In this document: positions 54,536-64,000 of the stretch, piece by piece
Position numbering within the stretch: position 1 is the first letter of the stretch
Layout of the letters: each line of letters begins with the position of its first letter
NCBI GenBank assembly: GCA_046582655.1
Contig: JAYGDX010000279.1
Span: 16,007-80,006 of the forward strand
From: Candidatus Poribacteria bacterium
GTDB lineage: Bacteria; Poribacteria; WGA-4E; UBA9662
Direction of reading: 5' to 3'
DNA: 64,000 nucleotides
Program-made: the position numbers and the translations under genes
The notes under the pieces: generated by a model
What the model saw: only the letters and a program-made list of their open reading frames with translations
What the model was told of the DNA's origin: nothing
Databases searched by the model: none

Positions 54536-55366
54536 ACCATTTTGTTTGCTATTAATTACCTTATGACCACGGTAGATTTTATCACGCATCTGTTCTGTCT
54601 TGTTGATGATAAGCTGAATGAAGCGGACAAAAATCATCAGCACAGCCAAGCCAAGCTCTATCCCTCTGAAGGGGTTACCATCGGCTTGCTGCCCTTAAAG
54701 GTCAGGGAAATCGAGCCTTCTATCGATGGATTTCCCACAATTACCGAGACTTGTTTCCCTGCTTACCTGAGCCAACTCGATTGTTTCGGCTATTCAACAG
54801 CCATCAACATCTGATTGATGTTTTCATGGCCACTCCTTCACCGATTGGAGTCATTGACACTTATGGTATTGAGTTGACCCACTCCAGACGGGAAGGGAGA
54901 AACCAAAAGCAGATTGACCAGAAGGGGATTTCCAATCAACGCTAGATTGTCGGAGGGAAGCTCTGTTTGCTTCTCAACCATCTGGGGTTCGTCGTTGATT
55001 GGGATTGCCACACGGTCAACATCTACGATGGAAGTGCCTTCCAGCATATGGTTGATGGCGTGGCATCGGAGACGGGTGTGCCAATCAAGGTTTCGGAAAG
55101 GCGGATTGGTTTCCAGCGAATTTGCGGCTCTGCCAGCCAAGGGGGCGGAATGACCGAATGCTAATAGAAACCATGCTGTCGATGCTGACTTTGGTCTGTG
55201 GGTTCAAGAAAATGATGCACCGAGCCTGGACCTACTTCAAGACTCGAGTTGGCTTGACGATGGCCTTGTTCAACATTCTGGTTCAGTGGCAAGGGTCACC
55301 TGCGCAAGAAGATGGTTTTGTCCTGCTGTCTATTGCTCAGTTCAGTCTCTAACTAGCACCAAAGGT
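54536..55366 (+). mobile_element. Degenerate IS982-like element (transposase pseudogene)
   Basis: Fragments MTTVDFITHLFCLVDD, LYPSE, LPEPTRLFRLF, VIDTYGIEL, IETMLSML in several frames; right end (reverse complement) ACCTTTGGTGCTAGTT; left end degenerate. Confidence 0.8.
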
Positions 55367-55505
55367 TATATAAGTTACCAGAAGAGCTGTAATAGGCTCT
55401 GTCAAGCCCCGGTTGTAGCCTACCTAGTACCCGTACGTCTGAAATACTCTTCCTCCGACCGACCGTCCGGACGTATAGTTTCTTGGGTAATGGGCTTGAA
55501 GAACG

Positions 55506-55799
55506 CTATACCAGCGGACTTCTGCCCCTACGTACCGAATACCCTAGATCTTTCCACTGTTTGTATGACCCCATATGCCTGAGGGATAAGGTGAAGTTGC
55601 CGTTAAAGTACTGTTTGGTCCGCACCTTAATCTTCTCCAGTTTCCTGAGTTGGAAGATGTCCAGAGCACCAGCAAAGGTAGGTACCAGAGGAGCATAGTA
55701 GAACGGGTGTTTTCTGCGTGGGTCTTCACCTTGCAGATAAGCCATTATCATCCGCTTATCCAAGCCCTTAGCCTTGATAAAGTGGGTATACTGAGACAT
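55506..55799 (-). CDS. Small basic hypothetical protein, phage-like
   Basis: Strong RBS AAGGAGG 5 nt before ATG; 97 aa; no recognised family. Confidence 0.6.
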   Translation of the reverse strand: MSQYTHFIKAKGLDKRMIMAYLQGEDPRRKHPFYYAPLVPTFAGALDIFQLRKLEKIKVRTKQYFNGNFTLSLRHMGSYKQWKDLGYSVRRGRSPLV

Positions 55800-56022
55800 A
55801 AAACCTCCTTATGGGTTGAGGTTAGATAGGATGATGACGCAACTAGAAGGCCACGCTATTACAGGTAATCAGGCAGGTTGGGACTTCTACATCAGTACTG
55901 GGGGACTGTCTGGTGGCAGTGCAACGTCCATTGGCAGGCTATGATGTGCTTACATGGCACTTCCTGATCCAGACAGCTGCATCTCCAGCCTTGCTTATTC
56001 AGGACAACCACTTCTTCTCGGG

Positions 56023-56205
56023 CTAGTTTTGAGACCTGACAAGGAAGGTCCAGACATCCTCAGACTTAACCAGATGGTGGTAGCAGATAGCTGATGCTCT
56101 GGCTATCTTGCGTAAGGTTGGTCTGTCTGTCTTCAAGCCAAATATGCGGGCAAACGCCACAGCATCTCCCAGCTCTATGACTATGCTGCAGCCAAATTTG
56201 AACAT
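56023..56205 (-). CDS. Small hypothetical protein
   Basis: GGGAGGA RBS before ATG (MFKFGCS...); 60 aa. Confidence 0.4.
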   Translation of the reverse strand: MFKFGCSIVIELGDAVAFARIFGLKTDRPTLRKIARASAICYHHLVKSEDVWTFLVRSQN

Positions 56206-56525
56206 AGGTATTCCTCCCAATTTTGGGCACAAAAAGGGCAAACCTAGCTCCAGATCTGCCATGGATTAATGTTGCTTATGGGTTAAGGAATTACACTTCA
56301 GGTGGGATGGATATAGCACGAAGTGTGCTAGAGGAAAGGTATGAGTACAATATTCACTTAGCTTGTGCTATAGTGGAATGAGGCTCTCATATTGTAGACA
56401 AGGTAAGACTGAACAATTACAAATGTTCTATAATGAATATGATAGGATTCCTACGTTGCAAGAAGATGATGAAATGGCAAGAGTACCCACATCCAATTTA
56501 ATTAAGTTTTTTAAAGGAGATAACA

Positions 56526-56732
56526 ATGCATGGTGTAGCAAGACCGAAATGGGATGCAGACAACCATAAATGGGATCAACCATTTATACCTTCAGTTCAA
56601 CAGTATATAATTTTGTTGGAAAAGAGGATAGAGGAATTAGAAACTTCCAGAATTTCCTTTTATTTTAACAATCAGGCAATAAACAAAGAGAAAGCAAAAG
56701 AACTACTTGAGGCGGATAATGGCGTTGCTTGA
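56526..56732 (+). CDS. Small hypothetical protein, phage-like
   Basis: AAAGGAGA RBS; 68 aa with LLEKRIEELE coiled coil. Confidence 0.55.
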   Translation: MHGVARPKWDADNHKWDQPFIPSVQQYIILLEKRIEELETSRISFYFNNQAINKEKAKELLEADNGVA

Positions 56733-56912
56733 AGCACTCAAGGTTATCTAGGTACTGCTGTTGCGGTTCTTTTCTATTGTCTTTACCAGGGCGACACAAA
56801 GAGATCAGGTATCATACAGCATCCAGGTTGAAACAACAGTCTCCACAGGTGCCTTCCTAACATCGCTTTGTAAAATGACATCAAATTATCGGTTTATAGG
56901 AACGGCCAAAAA

Positions 56913-57245
56913 TTAAGAGTTATTTGATGTTCTTGTGTAATGTCTAAAAATATCAATTAGGATATATAACTTTAGTACGTAACCAGCTAACATGCAGTCC
57001 ATGGCAATTAATTTTCCTAAGTTACTCATAGGAGTTACATCACCATATCCAACAGCAGTAATAGTAACCACTGACCACCAGAGCGTTTGTATAATAACAT
57101 CAATAATAGTTACCCCTCCAGGTGGTTTTCCCATACTTTCAGAAAAGTTATCATATTCAAAAATTATAATCAGTGCTGCACTAATAAGGATCAAACCTAA
57201 TACATAACCATATATTTGTAAATCTTTGTCATGAGTTAATAACTC
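56913..57245 (-). pseudogene. Potassium channel pore (Ion_trans_2) fragment
   Basis: TM-pore-TM with TLWWSVVTITAVGYGDVTP; frame is closed upstream by a stop. Confidence 0.75.
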
Positions 57246-57458
57246 CTACAAGTTTTTTAGCAATGATTGGTTCCATAACTAAATTGGATACCTGAAATGC
57301 TAACTCAGTTTAACAAATGATATGAGAAAATGGTGACGCAATGTTGGTAATGTATAGTGACGATGTTAGTGTTGCATACTTAAATGTAAGAAGTGGCAGG
57401 TTTAATTGTCTCAATAAGATGAGATGATAGCGAGTCTTTTTTATTGTGAATTATAATT

Positions 57459-58775
57459 TTAACAATTTTCTTTTAATGTGTTCGATGGCTTGACACCCCT
57501 GTGTTCGATCTCTTGACATACAGTAGGTTCCACTAGTTCATCATTATCTTGTGGCTGTATATCGGTGTCTATACGCTGTTTGAGGGCTTTTCCACTTCCT
57601 GCTGAAGGTGTTTTAGTCTCGCCAGTGTCCATTTCGTGCTGATAACGCATCTTCTTGACTTCTTCCGAGGTGACTTTGTAAGCGGTCAGTCTGTAACGGT
57701 ACCGGCCTGACTTCTCGTCTAGTTGCTTCTCCAGTAAACCTAACCCTATTAGTTCTTCCACCAGGTTATTGACAGTAGGACGTTTAACTCCACATCTGTC
57801 AGCGAGAACCTGGTGAGCTATAGCTGAATCATTATAGTATGGCATAATAGACACCATGACATATTCCCTCGATTTTCGAACAAAAGTTTTTCGGATCAAA
57901 GAGAAAAAAGGGCTGACCTTTGAACAAGTCAGGGACCAGTTTGATATTTCTATTCGGATATTATTTCGTTGGCAGAAAAAACTAGAGCCAACTATGACCC
58001 GAGATAAGCCGGCGACAAAAATCAATATGGATAGGCGGGAAAAAGATATTGAAAGGCACGCGGATGATTATCAATGGCAACGAGGCCAACGCTTCGGCGT
58101 GACCCAGTCCGCTATCCACTATGCTTTGCAGCATCTTGGTGTCAGCTATGAAAAAAACGTTGCAACATCCAAAGACGAACCAACAGGCACGTCTCAACTT
58201 CCAACAAAAAATAAAGGCCTATCAACAGGCAGGCAACCCCATCGTTTATCTGGATGAAAGCGGGTTTGCTCAGGAGATGCCCAGGAGGCATGGCTATTCC
58301 AAAAAGGGAACACGTTGTTACGGGACTCAGGATTGCCGTGCTGGGGGGCGGGTGAATGTCATGGGTGCCTTGGCATGACATTCTTAACCGTTGCCCTGTT
58401 TGATGGCCGCGTTAATTCTGACGTTTTTTATGCCTGGCTCATTCAGGAACTGTGACCCAAAACACCAGCAGGGACGGTGATTGTGAGGGACAATACCAGC
58501 TTTCACCAGCGTCATGATATGTTGGAAGCGATCAGCGCCAATCAGTGTCAGGCAGAGTTTCTTCCACCTGACAGCCCCGACCTTAACCCCATTGAACACA
58601 AACGGGCTCAAGCCAAAGCCGTCAGAAGGCGGTACCGGTGTGGTATTGATGAACTCTTTTCTGAGCATTCACAATATGTCGTTTTATAATGATTTAACTA
58701 TATCATTGTATTCCTCATTGACCATATCAGGCATTTAACCGTGTTTATAGATGATCCGCCTGACCTCTGAATCAT
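57459..58775 (-). pseudogene. Winged-helix DNA-binding protein interrupted by IS630
   Basis: IAHQVLADRCGVKRPTVNNLVEELIGLGLLEK wHTH; removing the IS gives a continuous 144 aa ORF. Confidence 0.7.
57821..58700 (+). mobile_element. IS630 family element (inactive)
   Basis: MTYSLDFR HTH ORF, A7 run at 58151-58157, YLDESGF, DNTSFH, FLPPDSPDLNPIE; ends TATAGCTGAATCATTATA / TATAGTTAAATCATTATA (16/18) with TA duplication; internal stops. Confidence 0.93.
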
Positions 58776-59510
58776 CTATTGTTGTTTTAATCTACCCCAA
58801 CATACTGTAATTTTCTCTTTTGGTTCAACCGCTAAGTCAACCGGCGAATCGAAAAGCCACAGGTTATCAATGTAATAGTGCCGCTCGAGATTTGAAATAA
58901 ACCCGATAGTTCCCTCTAGGTGAAGACTTTTTTGGTCCGTCCAATCCATCACCTTTTTGAAGATTTTATCTTCTTTCTTCTTGAGATAGAGTTCAAACTT
59001 GAAACCTCGTCCTGTCAACATCAGGGTGTACCATTGTTTAGAGATAACAGGAAAAGGCAGTTTGGTTCGTAAATCACGTAATTCTTCCCAAGTGTTTCTA
59101 TCCTCATCGGTACGAACATACCAACGGGCATAATTCTTCGTCCCCACACCATCTGCTGGTGTCACATAGAGTTGGTAGAATTTGAAATCCTCACTAGCTC
59201 GGAACAAAAGTCCTACCCAACAGCCATTCCCAAATTTGTCTTGCAAAGCTTGGAAATCAAATTGGAGACCGAAGTTTTTAAAAGCGACTTTCCCATATCC
59301 AAAATAACTCCAACCGACACCTGTCGGCAAGATTTCTAACTTTCCCCCTTTGGTTTTCCAATCAATCTTTAGTGCTTGAGCTCCGTGTGTCCAGTGTTCC
59401 TTATTGAGTTTTCCTCTTTCAAAATCATCAAACATTAGTAACTTGGATTCACACACAGCAACAAGCAGTGAAAAGAGTGTACAGAAAACAACAAAACATT
59501 TGACAAGCAT
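58776..59510 (-). CDS. Secreted beta-sandwich (ConA/DUF1080-like) protein with C-terminal AVEPxxKxTxxWGxLK motif
   Basis: Signal peptide; FDDFE, VGLLFRA, GTIGF, YIDNL; ATG 59510 after GGAGG. Confidence 0.75.
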   Translation of the reverse strand: MLVKCFVVFCTLFSLLVAVCESKLLMFDDFERGKLNKEHWTHGAQALKIDWKTKGGKLEILPTGVGWSYFGYGKVAFKNFGLQFDFQALQDKFGNGCWVGLLFRASEDFKFYQLYVTPADGVGTKNYARWYVRTDEDRNTWEELRDLRTKLPFPVISKQWYTLMLTGRGFKFELYLKKKEDKIFKKVMDWTDQKSLHLEGTIGFISNLERHYYIDNLWLFDSPVDLAVEPKEKITVCWGRLKQQ

Positions 59511-59785
59511 GTCAACCTCCAAAACTTAACTTCAATTACTATTGACCGTTGAATTATAATAGATTGTATTTTAACTTTAATACAGCTTGTGCAACGTCAA
59601 CTCTTGACTAAAATGAGGGCGCGCACATTTCTACAACGATTGAAAACCGTATTATCGTCCTCGCTTGTGTGGGTGGTGGGCTAGCCTAAAAAGGCTTCCC
59701 TCTTCCAATCCAACCTAGGAATAAAGAGGATTAAACGCGATGGGATAGGCCCACTGGGACTACCAGTGCAAAGCAGGAACTCTTG

Positions 59786-60628
59786 CTAGAACGGCTCAAG
59801 GGCACCCGATCCTGCCACAACACAGCGAAATCCGATGATGTAGGACCTATGGTGCGGATCGGGACATAGGCGGTAAGCAACACGCAGGGGATAAGTAAGG
59901 TTGCACCAAGACCCACCACGCAACACACACGTAAAATGGTCATCGTTGTACCAATCCTGACACCATTCCGAAACGTTACCTGCCATATCGAACAAACCGT
60001 AACCGTTTGGTTTAAAGCTGCCCACTGGTGCAGTGGAATCATTCCACTGATCCTTACCACCTGTTCCCTCGTAGTTCGCATACTCACGTGCCAGACCCTC
60101 ATCACCACCCCAAGGAAATTCTTTATCAACCAATCCACCTCTAGTTGCAAATTCCCATTCTGATTCTGTTGGTAATCTCTTCCCAGCCCATTTAGCATAA
60201 GCAGTCGCATCATGCCAACTGACATAGATCATCGGGTGTTTGTCTGTTGGTGAGTATTGATAAACCTCGTCCCAACTGATAGATTTTAGAGGTTTATAAC
60301 CTGACGAGTTTAGAAACTTCTTAAACTGACCCACCGTCACCTCGTAAACATCCATGTAGAAAGACTCTGCTATTTTAGTAACAACTTCCTTCTCAGATGA
60401 GACAAGATCGCCAAATTCGTCAGAAGCAGTCGCTATTACTTTCTTCTCCAAATTTCCAGGAATCCGAACCATCTTAGCACCATCTTTCTTCCAAGTAATC
60501 TTCTTCGCCTTAGTACCTTTCAACTCTTTAGCCTTTTTAACCACTACTTCTTTAGTATCTTCAGCAAACAGCAAACCTACTGAAATAACCATCATCACCA
60601 TCAATATAACAACTGATCTTTTAACCAT
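59786..60628 (-). CDS. FGE-sulfatase (SUMF1/C-type lectin fold) domain protein, candidate DGR target
   Basis: Signal peptide; FYMDVYEVT, VSWHDA..YAKWAGKRLPTESEWE, PNGYGLFDMAGNVSEW, RGGSW, GFRCV; lacks the catalytic CxxxxC pair of true FGE. Confidence 0.92.
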   Translation of the reverse strand: MVKRSVVILMVMMVISVGLLFAEDTKEVVVKKAKELKGTKAKKITWKKDGAKMVRIPGNLEKKVIATASDEFGDLVSSEKEVVTKIAESFYMDVYEVTVGQFKKFLNSSGYKPLKSISWDEVYQYSPTDKHPMIYVSWHDATAYAKWAGKRLPTESEWEFATRGGLVDKEFPWGGDEGLAREYANYEGTGGKDQWNDSTAPVGSFKPNGYGLFDMAGNVSEWCQDWYNDDHFTCVLRGGSWCNLTYPLRVAYRLCPDPHHRSYIIGFRCVVAGSGALEPF

Positions 60629-61292
60629 GATCCTTATAGAGGAGCTAGATGTCACCAGTCAATACAACCACTGAGAGCGGGTATATTGATGGTATAGTTG
60701 GGATAATTGCCGCTAACATTGTATCCATAACGAAGTTCACCTAGCAGAAATATTATCTTGGTCTTTCCAAGTAACCAGCATTACTTCTCGGACCAATGCA
60801 CCAGGATGTGTGTTGGAATAGATCCGACAAAGGAGAGATGGACTTTGGCAAGTTGTGTAGAAACTCGATATTCATTACTGTTGACGAATATTGGCTGAGT
60901 TAAACAACAACGTGTGTTGTTTTCCCCTTGATCCGCTTGCGGTATTTGCTGTGAATGACAGCGGTTTGAACTATTGTCCTGTTCCTGAGGCTAAGACCAG
61001 AGTGAATTGGCCGCTGGCACAAGACAATTTTTTGCAACTGAAGCTGAACACAATACAGGACAGATGAAATGAACTGTCAATATTGTTAACAGGAGAAGAA
61101 TACTAATATTTTTGAACTTCATTCTTTCGGAAATCCATACTTTTTTACTTCAGATAATACTGATTCGAGTTTCGCACAATTATATATGCTTTTGAGTACA
61201 GAAAACAATAGTAAAGATTAAAGATTTCATTTGAATCCAACTTACTTCTTGCTGTATTTGGAGAACTGATTTTACTTTCGACTCCTGGAGGC

Positions 61293-61694
61293 CTATCTTT
61301 TAGCAGATTTTTCTTGGAAATATTCTCGGTAGTAGTGATCGCTGAACTCGATCTCATTCCCATCCGGATCAAACACAAAGAATGCTCGACAACCAAGTGG
61401 TCCTTCAAAGTTGAAAGGACCTCGCGTTACGTAATCCAATGAGACAAATTTTTCAGCGAGCTCATCAATTCTCTCTGTCTTGGTGACGAAAGCGAAATGC
61501 ATCGGTCCTCCTGCAGCGTGTCCTGGCGAGCCTGCTTTTTTGAGAACCAAGTGGCCGGTCTCCAAATGGATGTATAATTGTTCATTGTCATGATGAACCA
61601 GTTCAAAACCGAGCAGTTCATGGTAAAATTTAGCTGCTCGATCCAAATCCTTGACCTTCACGAAAACTTCCCCGATTCCGAAAAAATCCTGCAC
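61293..61694 (-). CDS. VOC (glyoxalase/bleomycin resistance) family protein
   Basis: VKDLDRAAKFYHELLGF, HFAF, FVFDPDGNEIEF. Confidence 0.92.
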   Translation of the reverse strand: MQDFFGIGEVFVKVKDLDRAAKFYHELLGFELVHHDNEQLYIHLETGHLVLKKAGSPGHAAGGPMHFAFVTKTERIDELAEKFVSLDYVTRGPFNFEGPLGCRAFFVFDPDGNEIEFSDHYYREYFQEKSAKR

Positions 61695-61784
61695 AATGAT
61701 ATCCTCCTACGTCCTAATCAGTTTTTGTCAGTGACCTGAACTTCGGGGCAAAGGTTTTTTGAAAGCCGGAAGTGTCATAGTTTT

Positions 61785-61988
61785 TCAACCCAAAACGGTA
61801 ACCCTCAATTTCGACTGCATGTCGAAATCCTGATTTCCAATCGATAGTTGCTTCAGCCTGACTGATATAGTCGGCTTGTTCCACCGCCTTCTCCCAGTTT
61901 GTGGTATTTGGACCATCAGAAAACCCTGTAGGAAGATGCCAACCATCCCCAGACCTATCACAGCGGCTCGATATGTTTTTGATGACAT
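61785..61988 (-). pseudogene. N-terminal remnant of a Gfo/Idh/MocA oxidoreductase
   Basis: MSSKTYRAAVIGLGMVG after GAGG, then similarity is lost. Confidence 0.6.
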
Positions 61989-62446
61989 TATACCTCTTGT
62001 TTGTTTATCCATTTAATCACTGTTTAATTATTCCATGCAGCATATAACCTACAAAATAATTGAGTGTTGCCATGACTAAATCTTCATAACAGCTTTTGCG
62101 ATTTCTATAGACACCCTGAACCATATCGTGAATCTTTTAAAAACCTGACGCTATGCTAAAACCCTGATGCTACGACGCTCAACAGAAATCTGCCCTTTTG
62201 GTTCCATGTTTTTGACGGATACAAGCTGTATTTTATTGATATTTCTATTTTATATTTGATTTGTTCCAAAAGGTGAAAAAGAACTGTTTTATTTTTTTAA
62301 TCACCATTCATATAATCGTTAAATGATCCTAATTTCGGAACAAGCACTTTTAACCATAATTCCAATTTGCTCAACTAGTGTAAGTAATTCCAAATGTGAA
62401 CCGGGATACATGGAAATATCGTAAACAAAATCTCCGTCGTGAAGTA

Positions 62447-63542
62447 TCAATCCACTTTGTTCTTTTCAATATAGTCCCAATTGATATCCATTCCTGATCC
62501 AGGTAGCTGTGAGATATGAACAAACCCCTGATCGTCCATTGGATCGGCCAGTTGGTTTAACCAGGGAGCAGGCTCTTCGTAGCCGATGAAAGGATGAAGC
62601 AAGCCCCGTTCGTAGAATTCTCCATTACGCATGGCACATAATGCCGCCAAGTTACCAAATCCACCACCATGGATCTCACACCGCACACCGAATGATTCAC
62701 AAAGGTGGATGATCTTCATTAGTGGTGTTAGGCCACCAACGTCACCAACCCCAGCCCAACTAATATCACAAGCATTGTGTTTAATCCATTCAGCTCTCAC
62801 ATGCATTTTTCCTTCACAAGTTTCAGGGCCACAAATGGGTAGCGATGTTTGCTGACAAAGCCAAATATAGGACGACATGCTGTGTTCGTCCATTGGTTCT
62901 TCCATCCAGTAGTAGTTGAGGTCTCCTAACCGCTTAGCCAAATAAAGCGCAGCTTCACGATCTAAGGATCAAGCATACAAGGAATGTTTGGACCAACGGT
63001 ATCTCCTCTGACGGCAGCACAGGCCTCAATATCCCGCATGGGGTTGGGTGCGCCTTCTTAGGGAGGTTGCCAAGTATGCAATTTGAAGCCTTGATAGCCG
63101 CGGCCCATCGCCCATTCGGCGAACACCGCGTAATCTTGGGGCGCGGCTAGACCATTTCCGGTACTTTCTCTCGGTCTCCACCCAATAGTTTATAAACAGG
63201 TTGGTCCAAGGCTCGACCTGCCAGATCCCACAAGGCTAAGTCAATTGGAGCTAAGATCTTATCGGCCAACGTACTTAAGTTTAGGCGCTGTCGTTCCATC
63301 AAATCCTGCCAGATTTTTTCTCGCATAAATGGGTCTTGCCCCACAATGGTTGGCTTGATGGTACTCTCCATCACCGAAGCGTTGGCCCCGAGCCAATACC
63401 CTTCGACACTTTCATCTGTAAGAATTTTTAAAAAGGTTTGTGTCGCTTCGTGTGGTGGCCCGGGATGGCTGTGACCATCGCTATCCCGCACCGTCTTGGA
63501 AATATACTTAAAACTAACTGTTTGTACGTCGGTAATCACCAT
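62447..63542 (-). pseudogene. Mandelate racemase/enolase superfamily pseudogene
   Basis: IDLALWDLAGRALDQPVYKLLGG, GYQGFKLH, WMEEP, GPE, CEIHG, PGSGMDIN; stops and deletions between 62940 and 63150. Confidence 0.9.
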
Positions 63543-63585
63543 TATCTGTATTATCTGTTACTCTTTTAGGCTTACTCAACACAAC

Positions 63586-63819
63586 TACCAGATTGGTAAA
63601 TGTGTCGAAATATTATCGTCGTCATATTCTTTGACTGCTTTTAGTGCTTCGGGTGTGCCTATTTGTATTAATACGAACACCTACTTTCTTATGTCCTAAT
63701 TTTTTGATTAGATTTTCAACCTTCTGTTCTTGGCTTTCGCATCCACCAATCCACAGACCGACCAACCCAACAAAAACATACATAACGATAGTTGGTCTCA
63801 AAACATCTTTTTTTATCAT
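63586..63819 (-). pseudogene. Truncated HEAT-repeat lipoprotein-like gene
   Basis: Lipobox-like WIGGC, KVENLIKKLGH; an alternate frame continues QIGTPEALKAVKEY, suggesting an internal deletion. Confidence 0.5.
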
Positions 63820-63852
63820 TCATAATCAATTCTCCAAATAGACAGTTCCATA

Positions 63853-63999
63853 TTAGGCAAGGTTTGTTTGCGCCAGTTCGGATAGCTTCGTACCCTCAAC
63901 TACATTCGTTGGGCTCTCAAAAAGGAGTTCATAACCGTCGGGGTCAGTCATCTCTGTCACCCACATCATATTCCCCACAAATGGCTCGGACGCGTCAAT
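63853..63999 (-). CDS. VOC family protein, C-terminal part (start lies outside the window)
   Basis: Own translation IDASEPFVGNMMWVTEMTDPDGYELLFESPT...LA*. Confidence 0.75.
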   Translation of the reverse strand: MDASEPFVGNMMWVTEMTDPDGYELLFESPTNVVEGTKLSELAQTNLA

Positions 64000-64000
64000 G

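Noticed and set aside
58140..58160. Functional programmed frameshift giving an active IS630 transposase
   Set aside because: The frames are offset +1 rather than the usual -1, and the downstream part has stops at ~58376 and ~58454
59786..60628. True formylglycine-generating enzyme
   Set aside because: No CxxxxC pair after RGGS and no adjacent sulfatase
60656..61080. Possible degraded minus-strand gene (FLLGELRYGYNVSGNYPNY...)
   Set aside because: Fragments are too short to assign a family
62140..62180. Two imperfect ~19-bp tandem copies (AAAACCTGACGCTATG / AAAACCCTGATGCTACG)
   Set aside because: Only two degenerate copies; not a CRISPR or iteron array
1..64000. CRISPR array, rRNA, reverse transcriptase, DGR template repeat, intein in dnaE, and the many antisense ORFs
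   Set aside because: None seen by eye; the antisense ORFs overlap well-supported genes and lack recognisable motifs

Overview
Bacterial chromosomal window of moderate-to-low GC. The gene content suggests Ca. Poribacteria (inference: Gfo/Idh/MocA and PhyH content, a DUF6785-like membrane protein, an FGE-sulfatase paralog, and a secreted protein ending in AVEPxxKxTxxWGxLK). Housekeeping genes are intact: dnaE (5' partial), proS, leuB, gdhA, UbiD-type decarboxylase, tRNA-Leu(CAG), and a xanthine-dehydrogenase-family M-S-L operon with MoaD. Carbohydrate and accessory genes include xylA, cstA, a GH95 fucosidase, an esterase, a ceramidase-like protein, an MFS transporter and a large TPR protein. 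Many accessory genes are decayed: a ~3.5 kb lyase-like gene, two enolase-superfamily genes, a secreted hydrolase and two Gfo/Idh/MocA genes. A mosaic island at ~54.5-61 kb carries IS982-like and IS630 remnants and small phage-like ORFs. Main observations: (1) an FGE-sulfatase/C-type-lectin-fold gene whose 3' end has the codon signature of a diversity-generating retroelement (DGR) variable region plus downstream hairpins, with no RT or template repeat in the window; (2) a 120-bp MITE with perfect 16-bp TIRs and a 5-bp target duplication whose removal restores the host reading frame; (3) an IS630 whose removal rebuilds a winged-helix gene; (4) a stand-alone Rad52/Sak-like candidate annealing protein; (5) a candidate C-terminal sorting motif.
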